A DNA stretch of 64,000 nucleotides. Origin: Candidatus Uhrbacteria bacterium (GTDB taxonomy: Bacteria; Patescibacteriota; Patescibacteriia; JACQRZ01). Below, in pieces: positions 38,996-49,365 of the stretch; position 1 is the first letter of the stretch, and each line of letters opens with the position of its first letter. The stretch lies in the NCBI GenBank assembly GCA_016188385.1, contig JACPHV010000002.1, positions 24,116-88,115 of the forward strand, read 5' to 3'. A program made the translations under genes and the position numbers. The notes under the pieces were generated by a model. That model searched no databases. It was not told the DNA's origin and saw only the letters and a list, made by a program, of their open reading frames with translations.

Positions 38996-40600
38996 ATGAG
39001 ACATACTCTAGAAAACCACCTGAAGTTTTCCCCGCAAGCCATGCTTGTGATAGCGTCTGCCGTGAGCGTGGGGTTACTGTTCAGTGTTGTGAATATGGGT
39101 TCGGCGGAAGAGGAAGATGAGGTTACCAAACCAGACCTTCAATTTTATGCGGCGCCGCTTTCAGTTGTAAAAAAAGAAAAAATTCGGCTTGATTGGGAGA
39201 GTGAGGGGGCTGATTACTGCACCGCGTCCGGTGCATGGTCGGGGAAAAAAGAGCCGACTGGTTCGGTTCTCGTACCTGCAAAGAAGACTGGAACCTATAA
39301 GATACAATGTTTTGATGAAGAAGGGGTGGCATCAAAAAAGATAGCACGGAAAATTACTGTTGTCGCAAGTAAGAAGAAGCTGAAGAGAAAAAAATTGTCT
39401 ACACCAACTCCTAAAGTTGGCGCTCCATCTCATGCGGCAGAGAACGAACAGGTAACCATTGCCTGGAGCTCGCCAAAAGGAACGGTTGCATGCCGCGCGA
39501 GCGGTCCTGATGATTGGGCGGGGCTCAAAGCCCCACGGTGGAGCGATTCTTTCAGCGCCGAAATTGGTCGCGAATATGCGCTTTCCTGTTGGAATGAAAA
39601 TGGTCAAGAAGGTAAGCGCGTAACTCATGTCTTTAAGCAAAAACCGAAAGTATACACCGCTACAAGCGTGGGCTTGGGCACTGAATATTTTCCCCTTTAC
39701 CCTGATGACTTCATGCTCGCTGATGGATCGGTGGTATTTTTCATTGATTTTGTAAAAAAGGAGGAGCGCTCGCCTGATACTGACCAAGACGACCTTTACT
39801 ATTTTGGGAAACGCATTGTAATCAATCCCTATATCAACACACGCGTTGAAGATAAAGATGTCCTGAAGCAACTGCACGCGCTCTCAAGTCAAGTTCCGCC
39901 CGATGTTGCTTCTTCATCAAAACTGATAAACGCCACAGAAAATATCGGCGCCTTTACCCCCATGGATGATTTGGTACAATTTAAGAATGTTGGTGAGTAT
40001 AGCCATAACGGAGAGATTCCCACTATCGCGTTCGATGATTTTGAACGCCTGGCTATAGATGGTGTCTTGGAGTATTTAGATTTGCCACGCGAGGATCTCT
40101 ATCGGCAATTGTATACCACGTCGATTCCCGCAATCTGGTTTAACGGCTTGACTGGCGCTCGGCCCATGTTTATTGCTGTGGATGTTTACAATAAGGAAAA
40201 TGATGCTAAGCCGTATCGCACGATTCTTATGGATCCTTATACGGGCGAGACCATCGCGAGCGAGATCGTTGAGAGTATGTTTGCGGTTGGAATATGGGAT
40301 CGGACGATTATGAAGGTACGAGAGCCAGAAGGAGCACAATTGGAGCCATCACCTTCAGTAAAAGATGAGCCGGTCGCTAACCCGCCGACACAGACGCCGG
40401 TTGTACCACCGAGTGAGCCAACAAAAGAAGAGCTAAAAATAGAAGAAACAACCAAGAAGTGTTCTTCTGGGTTTATATGGAGTCCAACGCTGGGCCAGTG
40501 TTATGAAGACACCAGCGCGAAGCAAAATAGCGAAGCGAAACCAGCATGCACGACAGGGTATTCCTATAGTATTACCCTCAAGACATGCGTTAAAGATTAG
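38996..40600 (+). CDS. Exported protein with two Ig/PKD-like W-S..C.ASG.W.G repeats and C-terminal Cys-pair repeats
   Basis: WESEGADYCTASGAWSGKK and WSSPKGTVACRASGPDDWAG; CSSGFIWSPTLGQC and CTTGYSYSITLKTC. Confidence 0.6.
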   Translation: MRHTLENHLKFSPQAMLVIASAVSVGLLFSVVNMGSAEEEDEVTKPDLQFYAAPLSVVKKEKIRLDWESEGADYCTASGAWSGKKEPTGSVLVPAKKTGTYKIQCFDEEGVASKKIARKITVVASKKKLKRKKLSTPTPKVGAPSHAAENEQVTIAWSSPKGTVACRASGPDDWAGLKAPRWSDSFSAEIGREYALSCWNENGQEGKRVTHVFKQKPKVYTATSVGLGTEYFPLYPDDFMLADGSVVFFIDFVKKEERSPDTDQDDLYYFGKRIVINPYINTRVEDKDVLKQLHALSSQVPPDVASSSKLINATENIGAFTPMDDLVQFKNVGEYSHNGEIPTIAFDDFERLAIDGVLEYLDLPREDLYRQLYTTSIPAIWFNGLTGARPMFIAVDVYNKENDAKPYRTILMDPYTGETIASEIVESMFAVGIWDRTIMKVREPEGAQLEPSPSVKDEPVANPPTQTPVVPPSEPTKEELKIEETTKKCSSGFIWSPTLGQCYEDTSAKQNSEAKPACTTGYSYSITLKTCVKD

Positions 40601-40711
40601 GCATGGAGGGTGCCTCCTCTCTCTCGCAATAGGCAAAACAAAAACAAGGTCTGGTGCCGTTTTTTCATGCTTGGCACCGCGATTGTTTTGTGCTAAGATA
40701 TAAAGAGTTAC

Positions 40712-41083
40712 ATGATTACAACATCTCTTCGTATGCGAAAAAAAAGCAAGAAATATGGAGTTACAACTGATGAAATCATGGATTATTTGAAGGAAAATGT
40801 CCCGACTCATGATGACTTAAAGCAATTTGCGACAAAGGAGGACTTAAAGCAATTTGCGACAAAGGAGGATCTCGGTAGAATGCGGTCGGACATTATTGAT
40901 TTTGTAGATAAGAAGTTATTGGATTTGAAAGGCGATATTATCATACTGATGAAAACGGAAGATCAAAAACTCCTAGCTTTGATTGCTCTTCTTGTACAAA
41001 AAAATGTTATCTCCGATCGCGAGGCAAAACAGGTGGTGAAAATAGATCCCTTTAGGCAAGCGCATGTATATGCGAAGGCATGA
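40712..41083 (+). CDS. Coiled-coil protein with (F)ATKED repeats
   Basis: DLKQFATKE x2. Confidence 0.65.
   Translation: MITTSLRMRKKSKKYGVTTDEIMDYLKENVPTHDDLKQFATKEDLKQFATKEDLGRMRSDIIDFVDKKLLDLKGDIIILMKTEDQKLLALIALLVQKNVISDREAKQVVKIDPFRQAHVYAKA
40814..40867 (+). repeat. Perfect in-frame 27-bp tandem duplication
   Basis: GACTTAAAGCAATTTGCGACAAAGGAG x2. Confidence 0.95.
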
Positions 41084-41915
41084 TGTCAAGCGTGTTGTAA
41101 TTCTTTACCACAACGAATGCTTTGATGGATTTGCCGGAGCATGGTCGGCGTGGAAAAAATTCGGCAAACACGCGGAATACATCGGGCTTGAGCATGATGA
41201 GGATCCGCCAAAGGGGTTGCGCGGAATGAAATTGTATTTCATTGATTTTACCTATTCCAATGCGCACATGGTTGATATCAAGGCATCAGCGCAGAAATTG
41301 ACAGTACTCGATCATCACAAAAGCCACGAGCAGGCAACTAGGATAGCCGACGAATACCGATACAGCCTGACACAATCAGGCTGTATGCTCGCTTGGAAAT
41401 TTTTTCATCCAAAAAAACGCGTGCCATTATTACTCAAACATATCCAAGATCACGATCTCTATACGCACCGCTTGCCGCATACGCGCGAATACATTTCCTA
41501 TATAAGTACGCTGAATTTTGATTTTGCGACCTACACAAAACTCGCAAGGGATTTTGAATCAAGCAAAAAAAGAAAACGTGTTTTTGAACTTGGCGCACTA
41601 GTACGAAAAGCGGAGGAACATATGATAAGCAAAACGCTACCGAATGCTGTTCCTATTTTATTTCATGGAAAAAAGACGCTTGCCATCAATAGCCCGATCT
41701 TATATTCTGAACTTGCCAATGCCCTCTATTCGAGACTTAAAGCGCCATTTGGTGTTAGTTGGTATATGGAGAACGGAAGCATCCGTGTATCTCTTCGTTC
41801 CAACGGAAAGATTGATGTATCAAAAATTGCCATGGAATACGGGGGCGGAGGACACCGAGGCGCGGCGGGATTTAGCATCACGATCAAACGTGGGTTCCCA
41901 TGGAAGTTTATTTAA
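41064..41915 (+). CDS. DHH/DHHA1 phosphoesterase (nanoRNase-like)
   Basis: YHNECFDG, IDF, LDHH, SLRS, GGGGHRGAAG. Confidence 0.9.
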   Translation: MYMRRHDVKRVVILYHNECFDGFAGAWSAWKKFGKHAEYIGLEHDEDPPKGLRGMKLYFIDFTYSNAHMVDIKASAQKLTVLDHHKSHEQATRIADEYRYSLTQSGCMLAWKFFHPKKRVPLLLKHIQDHDLYTHRLPHTREYISYISTLNFDFATYTKLARDFESSKKRKRVFELGALVRKAEEHMISKTLPNAVPILFHGKKTLAINSPILYSELANALYSRLKAPFGVSWYMENGSIRVSLRSNGKIDVSKIAMEYGGGGHRGAAGFSITIKRGFPWKFI

Positions 41916-41922
41916 CAGAAGT

Positions 41923-42270
41923 ATGGCACGAGTGTTAGTCGTAATAATCAGTTATCCGGAAAGATCAGATGCGGAATATATCGCGGACGCGTCAGTACGA
42001 GATCGACTGGCGGCGTGCGCGCAGGTATTTGGACCTACGCGCAGCACATTTCGGTGGCGAGGCAAATTGAAGTCGGAAGAAGAATGGTTTTGCCACTTAA
42101 AGACTACGCCGGCGAAATACCCTGCGGTTGAGCGTTTTATTAAACGCCACCACCCGTATGAAGAACCTGAAATCATTGCCTTCGAGGTTAAACATGGAAG
42201 CACGAAATATCTGCGGTGGGTGGAAGGCGAAGTGAATATGAATACATCCAAAAAAAAATCGAAACATTGA
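41923..42270 (+). CDS. cutA: Divalent-cation tolerance protein CutA
   Basis: RLAACAQ, STFRWRG, HPYEEPEII, YLRWV. Confidence 0.93.
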   Translation: MARVLVVIISYPERSDAEYIADASVRDRLAACAQVFGPTRSTFRWRGKLKSEEEWFCHLKTTPAKYPAVERFIKRHHPYEEPEIIAFEVKHGSTKYLRWVEGEVNMNTSKKKSKH

Positions 42271-42281
42271 GTACATGCACT

Positions 42282-42614
42282 ATGAGCGATGGGTTAATTA
42301 CATATGAAGAATTTGCTAAGCTCGACTTGCGTGTTGGCACCGTAAGAAGCGCGGAGCGTGTTGAGGGTTCGAATAAACTTCTTAAACTCTTGGTCGATCT
42401 CGGCGAAGAATTTCCTCGTCAAATCTTGGCAGGGATCGGTAAAGCGTACCTGCCTAATGAGCTTGTTGACACCCAGATTATCGTGATTGCCAATCTCGAA
42501 CCGAGAATGCTGATGGGCATTGAAAGCCAAGGCATGCTTCTTGCGGCCGGTGACGGCACGCCTACATTACTCCGTCCCGCTACCCTTGTGGAACCAGGTT
42601 CTAACATTCATTGA
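42282..42614 (+). CDS. Stand-alone tRNA-binding OB-fold protein (MetRS C-terminal/CsaA/Trbp111 family)
   Basis: EEFAKLDLRVG, RQILAGI, NLEPR, ESQGMLLAA. Confidence 0.9.
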   Translation: MSDGLITYEEFAKLDLRVGTVRSAERVEGSNKLLKLLVDLGEEFPRQILAGIGKAYLPNELVDTQIIVIANLEPRMLMGIESQGMLLAAGDGTPTLLRPATLVEPGSNIH

Positions 42615-42627
42615 ATTTTTTGAAGGA

Positions 42628-43272
42628 ATGTCTATGGATACAGACAGTATTATGCTGCAAAAAAGAAAAAGGGCTGCGCGTATGCTTCGAGTCCTTAAAA
42701 GGCTTTTCCCGAATGCGAATGGTACGGAATTGATCTACGAGACGCCGTGGCAACTGCTTGTATCGGTTATTCTCTCCGCGCAATGTACTGATAAAAAAGT
42801 TAATGAAGTGACGGCTAAGCTCTTTAAAAAGTATCCTGACCTGAAAGATTATATCAGGCTCAAGCAGTCTGTCTTGCAGCGAATAATTTATTCAACGGGA
42901 TTTTATCGCATGAAGGCAAAAAATATCCTTGCCGCCGCGCTTGTCATCAAGGATACATTTGACTGCATGATCCCACGGACGCTGTCAGAAATGCTAAGCA
43001 TACCCGGCGTCGCGCGCAAGACGGCAAATGTCGTATTGGGAAATCTCTATGGCATTGCTGAAGGCGTCGTCGTTGATACGCATGTAATGCGCCTGTCGAA
43101 ATTACTCGGATTGACAGCGCACTCTAACCCCTCTAAGATAGAACAGGATCTCATGCTGATCATCCCCAAAAAAGATTGGTTTCAATTTTCAAATCTATTG
43201 GTGCTGTACGGACGCTATATCTGTACCGCGCGAAGGCATGATCACTCGAAATGTCTGTTATCGCTAATCTGA
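42628..43272 (+). CDS. nth: Endonuclease III with an incomplete FeS motif
   Basis: LSAQCTDKKVN, HhH PGVARKTANVV, VVDTHV. Confidence 0.93.
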   Translation: MSMDTDSIMLQKRKRAARMLRVLKRLFPNANGTELIYETPWQLLVSVILSAQCTDKKVNEVTAKLFKKYPDLKDYIRLKQSVLQRIIYSTGFYRMKAKNILAAALVIKDTFDCMIPRTLSEMLSIPGVARKTANVVLGNLYGIAEGVVVDTHVMRLSKLLGLTAHSNPSKIEQDLMLIIPKKDWFQFSNLLVLYGRYICTARRHDHSKCLLSLI

Positions 43273-43287
43273 TATCACGAAACAATT

Positions 43288-43572
43288 ATGGGAATGCTCG
43301 ATAAATTGAAAGATATTCACTCGATGCGGAAGGAAGCAAAGGAGTTGCAGTCTGCGTTGGCAAAGGAACAAATGACCGGGGTCTCGAAGGATGGGCATTT
43401 TCGCGTGACATTGGATGGCAATCAAAATATCATCCGTGTCGAGATTGATCCTGCAATCGTAGGCGACCTGCATCGCTTGGAAGCTGACGCCAAGGATGCA
43501 TTCGCGCGCGCGCTCGACGCTTTGAAAAAACTGATGGCATCTAAATTTTCCTCATTTTTGAAGCGAGAATGA
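43288..43572 (+). CDS. ybaB: YbaB/EbfC nucleoid-associated protein
   Basis: AKELQSAL...VTLDGNQ...VEIDP pattern; 94 aa. Confidence 0.8.
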   Translation: MGMLDKLKDIHSMRKEAKELQSALAKEQMTGVSKDGHFRVTLDGNQNIIRVEIDPAIVGDLHRLEADAKDAFARALDALKKLMASKFSSFLKRE

Positions 43573-44090
43573 AACGATTGCTTGTCGGCATTGTGATCAT
43601 CGCGGAGTACGCCGCGATTCTAGCGGGCCGTATTGACCCGCTTGTTTTTTATCTGACATCAATCGTATTATTATTCGTTTTTCGCTCGTATTACGTAATC
43701 GTACTCGGCGCCGCGCTTGGTTTGATGCTCGACTTATTTCACGCGCTTCCGGGCATGTATTTTGTCATCTATCCATTGATGCTCACTGTATCTTATGAGG
43801 TACTGCGGAGAATTATCACTCACCGCACTTTTGTCTCATACCTTGTGATGTATGTGTCTTCATCTCTTTGCTATATTTCAATTGAGACTCTTATCTATTG
43901 GACCGCGAATATGACGGTCGGATCGCCATTCACGATTGATCTTGTCTCCCTAGTAATGCGCAAGTTAGTCGTAGTCCTTTTTTGGCTGCTTCCATGCCTG
44001 GCGCTCTATGCGCTTCTTCGAAAACTTAGCGAAATCCGATATGGGTACGGCATCGAAAGTAGTCCGCCAACTCTTCGACAAAACATATGA
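43569..44090 (+). CDS. MreD-like membrane protein
   Basis: Hydrophobic, GLMLDLF motif, directly upstream of PBP2. Confidence 0.6.
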   Translation: MKRLLVGIVIIAEYAAILAGRIDPLVFYLTSIVLLFVFRSYYVIVLGAALGLMLDLFHALPGMYFVIYPLMLTVSYEVLRRIITHRTFVSYLVMYVSSSLCYISIETLIYWTANMTVGSPFTIDLVSLVMRKLVVVLFWLLPCLALYALLRKLSEIRYGYGIESSPPTLRQNI

Positions 44091-46039
44091 ATCCCGGTTT
44101 CTTTTTCCGGCAAGAAAAGGGCGCGACAGAACTATTTGTCCATACTGATCGTCCCGTTGAGTGGGTAGAGTCGTCAGTAGATGTTCGAGATAATTCTAAC
44201 CGGCAATATCTGGGCGTCACAATTTCAAGCAAACTGCGCGCGGTCGCCTTTTTTATTATCATTTTGACGCTCGTTGCATTTTTTATCAGATCCGCGCAGC
44301 TCCAAATTATACAAGGGGAAGGATTATTTGCTATCTCTCAAAACAATAAGATCCGCGAGTATATCATACAAGCGCATCGTGGCGCTATTTTTGACAGAAC
44401 CGGAAGAAGGCTTGTAAGCAACGCAGCTAATTTTACCGTATATGCTTATCCGAAAGAACTTCCGAGTGATCCTGATATCCGATCCTCAATTTTGCAAAAA
44501 CTTTCCAAAAATCTCGGCATGGACAGGGCAACAATTGATGAGAAGATATCTGAAGGCGCGGCTGCCGGCAGTATGGCGCTGCTCAAAGATCACGTGTCGC
44601 GCACCGAGACGCTTGTATTCACTGCGGAATTTGCCGGCATCTCGGGCATTGAAATAATTCCGGAAGAAATTAGAAATTATGAAACCGAATCTGCATATAG
44701 TTTATCACACGTTCTTGGATATACGGGCCGCATTACAAAGGAGGAATTTAATAAAAATCGAGATGAGTATTATCTCAACGATACGATTGGAAAGGACGGC
44801 ATTGAGTTATCATATGAATCTTATCTTCGCGGCACGTATGGTAAGAAGCAAGTTGAGATTGACGCGCTTGGCAATCAGCATGATACCGTTGCGGAGCTGA
44901 AGGCGCGCGATGGCAGCGATTTGATTCTCACGATTGATTTTGAGATGCAAAAAAAGGCTGAAGAAGTACTTTCTGCCGCTTTACATTCCATAAAGAAGAA
45001 AAAAGGCGTACTCATAGCGTCGGATCCGAGAAACGGCGAGATCCTTGCATTTGTAAGCTTGCCCGCATACGACAATAATGCGTTCAATAAACGTATGACA
45101 AGGGAGGAGTATCAATCACTAGCGAACGATTTGGATCAGCCGCTCTTTCCGCGAGGCCTGCGCGGAGATTATCCCTCCGGTTCTACAATAAAAATGATCG
45201 TGGCTGCCGCGGCGCTCTCGGAGGGGGTTATCACACCGACTACATCCGTATTGAGTAGGGGGGGAATACGTATCGGGCAGTGGAACTTTCCTGATTGGAA
45301 AGCGGGAGGACATGGTCATACCAATGTCATTAAAGCGCTTGCGGAATCCGTGAATACATTCTTTTATTATATCGGGGGGGGTTTTGATCAATTTCAAGGA
45401 TTGGGAATTGAAAAACTCATAACCTATTTTCATCAATTCGGCCTTGGTTCAAAAACCGGCATTGATTTGCCAAATGAGGCATACGGATTCGTGCCTTCGC
45501 CGACTTGGAAATTGCAGACAAAAAAGGAGCAATGGTACATCGGTGATACCTACCATATTGCGATCGGGCAAGGCGATCTTCTTGTTTCGCCTCTTCAAGT
45601 TAATCTTTACACGGCGTACTTTGCCAACGGCGGGATGAATTTTATTCCTCATGTGGTAAAGAACATACAACAGGCAGGTTCAATGGAGCACGCTGTGGAA
45701 ATTGCTCCACGTATGTACAAAAAAGATATTCTGCCGGACAGCGCGATGCAAACGGTGAGAGAGGGGTTGCGGCAAGCAGTGCTAAGCGGCAGCGCGCGCC
45801 GTTTATCACTGCTTCGCGTGCCTGCCGCCGGCAAGACAGGGACTGCGCAATGGCAGACAGGCAAGGATCCGCACGCGTGGTTTACCGGCTGGGCACCCTT
45901 CGATGATCCCGATATCGTGGTAACTGTGCTGATTGAAGAAGGTGAGGAGGGGAGTAAATCCGCGATTTCAGCGGCGCATGATTTTTTTACCTGGTACTTC
46001 GATGAACACGTGCCGCTGACACTTGACAAGGACGCATGA
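44087..46039 (+). CDS. mrdA: Penicillin-binding protein 2 (class B)
   Basis: RGAIFDR, PSGSTIK (SxxK), ESVN (SxN), GKTGTAQ, HAWF. Confidence 0.93.
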   Translation: MNPGFFFRQEKGATELFVHTDRPVEWVESSVDVRDNSNRQYLGVTISSKLRAVAFFIIILTLVAFFIRSAQLQIIQGEGLFAISQNNKIREYIIQAHRGAIFDRTGRRLVSNAANFTVYAYPKELPSDPDIRSSILQKLSKNLGMDRATIDEKISEGAAAGSMALLKDHVSRTETLVFTAEFAGISGIEIIPEEIRNYETESAYSLSHVLGYTGRITKEEFNKNRDEYYLNDTIGKDGIELSYESYLRGTYGKKQVEIDALGNQHDTVAELKARDGSDLILTIDFEMQKKAEEVLSAALHSIKKKKGVLIASDPRNGEILAFVSLPAYDNNAFNKRMTREEYQSLANDLDQPLFPRGLRGDYPSGSTIKMIVAAAALSEGVITPTTSVLSRGGIRIGQWNFPDWKAGGHGHTNVIKALAESVNTFFYYIGGGFDQFQGLGIEKLITYFHQFGLGSKTGIDLPNEAYGFVPSPTWKLQTKKEQWYIGDTYHIAIGQGDLLVSPLQVNLYTAYFANGGMNFIPHVVKNIQQAGSMEHAVEIAPRMYKKDILPDSAMQTVREGLRQAVLSGSARRLSLLRVPAAGKTGTAQWQTGKDPHAWFTGWAPFDDPDIVVTVLIEEGEEGSKSAISAAHDFFTWYFDEHVPLTLDKDA

Positions 46040-46050
46040 CTCCCTATACT
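46023..46050 (+). promoter_or_regulatory. sigma70 promoter for greA
   Basis: TTGACA-16 bp-TATACT. Confidence 0.6.
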
Positions 46051-46073
46051 ATCACTATCTATCAAATACGGAT

Positions 46074-46535
46074 ATGCCGCATTATATTAGCAAACAAGGA
46101 TTACAAAAACTTCAAGACGAGCTTGAAACGCTCAAGGGTACCGCGCGTAAAGAAGTCATAGCTCGAATAGCTGCCGCGAAAGAACTGGGTGACCTTAAAG
46201 AGAATGCTGAATATGCCGAAGCAAAAGATGATCAGGCAATGCTTGAAGCGAGAATTTCCGCAATGGAATCAAAACTGAAAGATTCCCTTATCATAGAGGA
46301 TACGATTGTAAATGATAATTCATTTGTAAGCGTTGGGTCAACGGTAATCGTTGAATGCAACGGGAATCGTTGCGCATATACTATCGTTGGATCAGAGGAG
46401 GCAGATCCGATCCAATTTCGAATATCAAATGAATCTCCGATAGGACGAGCTTTCCTCAATCGTTCGCGGGGGGAGCGAGTAAATATCAAGGTTCCACGCG
46501 GTGAATTTGAATACACGATTATTGATATTTCTTAA
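46074..46535 (+). CDS. greA: Transcription elongation factor GreA
   Basis: GDLKENAEY, IVGSEEADP, ISNESPIGRA. Confidence 0.97.
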   Translation: MPHYISKQGLQKLQDELETLKGTARKEVIARIAAAKELGDLKENAEYAEAKDDQAMLEARISAMESKLKDSLIIEDTIVNDNSFVSVGSTVIVECNGNRCAYTIVGSEEADPIQFRISNESPIGRAFLNRSRGERVNIKVPRGEFEYTIIDIS

Positions 46536-46565
46536 CCGCGCAATAGCGGCACAGGTTTGCAATGC

Positions 46566-46590
46566 GAAGCTCATCTGGGCTTCTTTTTTT
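46566..46590 (+). terminator. Intrinsic terminator after greA
   Basis: GAAGCTC-ATCT-GGGCTTC followed by T7. Confidence 0.7.
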
Positions 46591-46635
46591 ATAACGATAG
46601 TGTATACTCATTGATGAATAAACATCATAAATCTT

Positions 46636-48102
46636 ATGCCAGTATCTGAAGAGCGTACCGCGCGTATCAACAAACTTGAGCAAATTTACAAATCAGGGCG
46701 TGATGCTTATCCGTCAAAAGCTCTGCGTACACATACATGTCTGCAGTGCATTACGCAATTCGATGATCTTGTTGACAAACATGAGGAAATATCAGTTGTC
46801 GGGCGCATAAAAGCTATACGCAGGCATGGCAGTTCTTTGTTCCTCACCATTGAAGACGCGACTTCACCGCTCCAGGCTTACGTGCGAAAAGGCGATGTCG
46901 TTGAAGATGATTTCCTGACGATGAAGGAAACCATTGATCTAGGCGATTTTATTGAAGTGCATGGCACGTTATTTCGCACGCGGATGGGCGAAAAGACAGT
47001 TCATGCGTCCCGGACTCGACTGTTATCAAAGGCGCTTCTTCCATTGCCCGAAAAGTGGCATGGATTAAGCGACGTGGAAGTCCGATATCGTAAACGGTAT
47101 CTTGACTTGATCGCCAACACAAGTATTCGCGATATCTTTCATAAAAGAACGTTACTCATGAGCGCAATAAGAAAATTTTTTGACGCGCGGATGTTTCAAG
47201 AAGTTGAAACACCGATCCTGCAGCCGCTCGCTGGCGGAGCTACGGCTCGGCCTTTTACCACGCATCATAATGCCCTTGATCAGGACATGTTTTTGCGTAT
47301 CGCTCCCGAATTGTACTTGAAACGCCTGATTGTAGGAGGATATGAAAGGGTCTATGAGGTCGCCCGCTGTTTTAGAAACGAAGGCATTGATCATTCGCAT
47401 AATCCGGAGTTCACTATGCTTGAAGCATATATGGCATACGCGGATTATCTTGATTTGATGGATCTCATGGAAGAATTGTTTCGTGAGCTTGTGCGCGCTC
47501 TATTTCACGAAGATGCATTCACATACGAAGACCATACCATATCCATGCGTGAACCGTTCGGTCGTCTCGACTACTTTCAAACACTTACGCAAGCAAGCGA
47601 CATTCCAATTGATATTCTGCATAAAGAACATGAGCTTCGCGTGGAATGCGGAAAACGAAGCATTCATCTCAATGACACTACATCTCTCGCCCAGATGCTT
47701 GATGAGCTTACTAAAAAGTATGTATTACCTTTATTGATCCAGCCCACTTTCCTCATGGATCATCCGGTCGTGCTATCCCCATTATCGAAGCGAAAAATCA
47801 CCAATCCCGAGCAAGTGGAGCGCTTTCAGCTTATTATGGCGGGGAAAGAACTCGTAAATGCTTTTTCGGAATTAAATGATCCTCTTGACCAGGCATCGCG
47901 ATTTGAGGAACAGGATACACGGCGAAGAAGCGGCGACGAGGAAGCACACCGTATCGATCATGATTTTATTACCGCGCTTGAACATGGCATGCCGCCGACC
48001 GCGGGGCTCGGTATTGGTATTGATCGTCTTGTCGCAATCTTGACGAATTCGCATTCCGTCAAGGAGGTGATCTTGTTTCCTACATTGCGAAACCAAGACT
48101 AA
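46636..48102 (+). CDS. lysS: Lysine--tRNA ligase (class II)
   Basis: PLPEKWHGL, RYRKRYLDL, LRIAPELYLKRL, FRNEG, GMPPTAGLGIGIDRL. Confidence 0.98.
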   Translation: MPVSEERTARINKLEQIYKSGRDAYPSKALRTHTCLQCITQFDDLVDKHEEISVVGRIKAIRRHGSSLFLTIEDATSPLQAYVRKGDVVEDDFLTMKETIDLGDFIEVHGTLFRTRMGEKTVHASRTRLLSKALLPLPEKWHGLSDVEVRYRKRYLDLIANTSIRDIFHKRTLLMSAIRKFFDARMFQEVETPILQPLAGGATARPFTTHHNALDQDMFLRIAPELYLKRLIVGGYERVYEVARCFRNEGIDHSHNPEFTMLEAYMAYADYLDLMDLMEELFRELVRALFHEDAFTYEDHTISMREPFGRLDYFQTLTQASDIPIDILHKEHELRVECGKRSIHLNDTTSLAQMLDELTKKYVLPLLIQPTFLMDHPVVLSPLSKRKITNPEQVERFQLIMAGKELVNAFSELNDPLDQASRFEEQDTRRRSGDEEAHRIDHDFITALEHGMPPTAGLGIGIDRLVAILTNSHSVKEVILFPTLRNQD

Positions 48103-48113
48103 TCGGAATCTCA

Positions 48114-48548
48114 ATGAAGCGTAGAGTATTAGCATTCGGCACATTTGATGTATTACATCCAGGGCATCTTTCATACTTACGACAAGCCCGCGCTCACGGA
48201 ACGCATTTAACCGTCATTGTCGCGCGTGATGCGTCTGTTAAAAATATCAAACTCCACGATTCGCACTTCCCGGAACGTGAGAGGCTCGCGCTTATTCGAT
48301 CGCTCCGGTTGGTAGATTCGGCTTTGCTTGGAGATCATGTCGATCATTTACGACTGATAAAAAAAATCAAGCCCGACGTTATCTGTCTTGGTTATGATCA
48401 TGTAATTCGCATTGCTGATCTTCGATCGCGTCTTGCCGATAGCGGAATACGGGGCATGGTAATACGCCGTATGAGACCCTATCGCACTAGCCAGTACAAA
48501 TCATCTGTAATCTTTTCGCCTCATGGCAAAAGTTCAATTTCAAAGTAA
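48114..48548 (+). CDS. Cytidylyltransferase-family nucleotidyltransferase (RibL-type FAD synthase-like)
   Basis: FGTFDVLHPGH, VARD, PDVICLGYD, YKSS. Confidence 0.85.
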   Translation: MKRRVLAFGTFDVLHPGHLSYLRQARAHGTHLTVIVARDASVKNIKLHDSHFPERERLALIRSLRLVDSALLGDHVDHLRLIKKIKPDVICLGYDHVIRIADLRSRLADSGIRGMVIRRMRPYRTSQYKSSVIFSPHGKSSISK

Positions 48549-49365
48549 ACGCGTACTTACCGCCCTGGCCGCTTTGATCGGGGTCTGCTCTTTTGCATTC
48601 ACGGCGTACGTGATTTTTTTTTCACCATATCTTTCAATCGAATATCTTGTCGTTGATGCAAAGGGGATAGAGGAATCTGATGTACGATCGGCTATTTTCC
48701 AATATATGGATGACTCGCAGGGTTTGCTGAAAAGAAGCAATATGTTAATTTTTGATACTCATGACGCGGGTACGCTCTTGCGTGATACTTTTCAGGTTGA
48801 GCAATTACTGATGAAAAAGCGATATCCCTCAACCATTGAAATCTCGATTGTCGCGAAGCCGTTTCGTCTCATCGCTTATCAAGGCGGATCATTCTACGAC
48901 ATTACGACACGAGGCGCTATTACGCGAGAGATTGATCCGGAGTCTATCGAATTTTATCCGTCATTCATGTTAGCATATGAGCAACGCGGAAGAGGATCGC
49001 TCTCAAAACCACTTGACCATGAAGTGCCCTCAATACCGTTACTCTATTTTGACAATGACTCCACGCGGCTTAAGCTGTCATCACAGCCATTATCTGTGGA
49101 CCAAATTGGCCACATAGGCGAAATGAAGCGCTTGATGGATTCCACTAAAATCAAGGCTATCTTTTTTAGGATACAGGACAATGAGCCGGAATATGCGGCT
49201 ATGACAAAATACGGCTGGGAAGCGCGGTATACTACGCTTGCCAGTCCCCAGGCGCAATTTGATCGGCTGCAATCGCTCTTCAATGAAAAACTTAGCGATC
49301 GAAAACGGGAAATTGATTATGTTGATCTTCGATTTGGGAATAAAGTTTATTATCGATTTCAATGA
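48523..49365 (+). CDS. FtsQ/DivIB-like cell division protein
   Basis: Single N-terminal TM, POTRA-like KKRYPSTIEI, C-terminal YVDLRFGNKVYY. Confidence 0.7.
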   Translation: MAKVQFQSKRVLTALAALIGVCSFAFTAYVIFFSPYLSIEYLVVDAKGIEESDVRSAIFQYMDDSQGLLKRSNMLIFDTHDAGTLLRDTFQVEQLLMKKRYPSTIEISIVAKPFRLIAYQGGSFYDITTRGAITREIDPESIEFYPSFMLAYEQRGRGSLSKPLDHEVPSIPLLYFDNDSTRLKLSSQPLSVDQIGHIGEMKRLMDSTKIKAIFFRIQDNEPEYAAMTKYGWEARYTTLASPQAQFDRLQSLFNEKLSDRKREIDYVDLRFGNKVYYRFQ

